From Candidatus Bathyarchaeota archaeon (GTDB lineage Archaea > Thermoproteota > Bathyarchaeia > Bathyarchaeales > Bathycorpusculaceae): a DNA stretch of 64,000 nt. Both the position numbers and the translations under genes were made by a program. Positions 62,861 through 64,000 of this stretch are shown here, one piece after another. Location: the NCBI GenBank assembly GCA_963811105.1, contig CAWEPZ010000008.1, positions 1 through 64,000 on the forward strand, in the 5' to 3' direction. How positions within the stretch are numbered: position 1 is the stretch's first letter; every line of letters begins with the position of its first letter. Under the pieces are notes generated by a model, which was given only the letters and a program-made list of their open reading frames with translations, made no database searches and was not told where the DNA came from.

Positions 62861-63343
62861 ATGTTGATAAAGCGACTATTAAAAAACAAGAAGGGAACAG
62901 CTGAAGTAATCGGATCAGTAATGTTCATTGTTATATTACTGTTCTTCTTTACAAACGTGTACTTGTGGCATGACACTGCAACAAAAGAAATGAACGATCT
63001 CTATGTTCAGAAGATAAACTCGCCAATTACGATTTCAATAATGTCGAGTCCTTACGAGTTGAATGTAACCAATAAAGGTGGCGTAGATGCTAGACTTTCA
63101 ATTTTGTGGGTGGATGTGACATCGGCCAGTTCCGGTAGCCCCGATCGGTTTCATGGTTACTTCAATCTTACACAATTAAATATTGTTGTCCTTCCAGGGT
63201 CAAGCATCCCAGTTTCTTGGAATTCTGTCGGCACTTTGAATAGTTTGGATGAAAGTTATAATCCCCAATCTGGTGATATATTGCAGCTTAAAATGGTTAC
63301 AAGCGTTGGAAATACTGCTGCTTGTCGATACCCCCAAGGTTGA
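62861..63343 (+). CDS. Pilin-like protein (class III signal peptide)
   Basis: KNKKG/TAEVIGSVMFIVI; VTNKGG; KMVTSVGN. Confidence 0.75.
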   Translation: MLIKRLLKNKKGTAEVIGSVMFIVILLFFFTNVYLWHDTATKEMNDLYVQKINSPITISIMSSPYELNVTNKGGVDARLSILWVDVTSASSGSPDRFHGYFNLTQLNIVVLPGSSIPVSWNSVGTLNSLDESYNPQSGDILQLKMVTSVGNTAACRYPQG

Positions 63344-63546
63344 AAATTTGTAGCTTATTTTTCTTCTTATTTCCCAAGATTTTACCCAAGAAGATGATCT
63401 TCTGGTCGGTGCCACTTTTCTATTTACTTGTTTTTGTTGTTTGGTCATAAGGAATTGCCTTTTCTTAGCTTGTCTGTCGATAGAGCATAATTTTTTTTCG
63501 TTTGATTGTTCGTTTATGAATATGTCTGCCTTTAGTTTTTTGGGGT

Positions 63547-64000
63547 CTAGTTTACATGCACTATTAGGGGTCTGTTAGAGATTATCCCATTGAATATCCA
63601 TTCGCCAAGTGCTAAATATGGAAGAGAGCTTGAGGTGCCTACCATGTTTGAGAGGTTTTCAATATCTTCTTTGTTTGTTGTTTTTCCAATTATTTGCGTG
63701 CCAATTTGAGATAGAACACTTCCTCCAAGTTGGGCTGGATGGGTAGTTAAGAGACATGCAAATATGCCTGTTTTTCTTCCTTCAGAGACAACTTGATCTA
63801 GTGTTTCTCCGATAAGATTTTCTGATTCCTCGATAATTAGGAATAGTGGCTTGATTTTATCTTCCAATCTTAGTTTTAGTAGCATTTGTAGAGCTTCGAT
63901 GTAGAAAGCCCTTTTTTCTTTGGGTGCTAATCCGTAGCCATTTAGAATTGATGTTTGTCCTCTCTTTATTTCTTTAGCCAGAGCATCTTTATCCATTTTT
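63547..64000 (-). CDS. HerA/FtsK-like ATPase C-terminal region (probably 5'-partial at window edge)
   Basis: LFLIIEESEN, EGRK.GI...L.T.HP..L...VLSQ..TQIIG......D, L..GE. Confidence 0.7.
   Translation of the reverse strand, partial: KMDKDALAKEIKRGQTSILNGYGLAPKEKRAFYIEALQMLLKLRLEDKIKPLFLIIEESENLIGETLDQVVSEGRKTGIFACLLTTHPAQLGGSVLSQIGTQIIGKTTNKEDIENLSNMVGTSSSLPYLALGEWIFNGIISNRPLIVHVN

Noticed and set aside
4877-62976. Numerous short ORFs antisense or out of frame to well-supported genes
   Set aside because: These are shadow ORFs without motifs or RBS.
1-64000. CRISPR array or rRNA genes
   Set aside because: No regularly spaced repeats or rRNA signatures were seen; the 50-bp repeat has only two copies 2 kb apart.

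Overview
Archaeal chromosomal window. Bathyarchaeia-like origin is inferred from mch/citG, archaeal-type PheS/PheT, TrpS, Rps12/Rps7 and several large PQQ-type beta-propeller surface proteins. Housekeeping content: presenilin-like protease, SPOUT methyltransferase, PGI/PMI, inositol-1-phosphate synthase, tRNA-Ala(GGC), DRG GTPase, rps12-rps7, pheST, ABC exporter, PPP phosphatase, mch-citG, trpS and a type IV pilus locus. Accessory content: a decaying integrated element with an intact tyrosine integrase, three more integrase remnants, an IS5 remnant, a surface-glycan cluster and a rearranged beta-propeller locus. Many single-base frameshifts in conserved genes suggest long-read consensus errors. 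Top finding: an unannotated 18-aa ORF (MNQKKAITRATPANWGGW, strong GAGGTGA ribosome-binding site) directly upstream of a ComQ-like isoprenoid-synthase-fold enzyme and an MFS transporter, a candidate archaeal Trp-prenylated peptide (ComX/ComQ-like) signalling or RiPP system. Second finding: mch-citG beside three paralogous nucleotidyltransferases, whose chemistry would fit the late side-chain steps of methanopterin-type cofactor synthesis. All family assignments come from motif recognition, not database searches.
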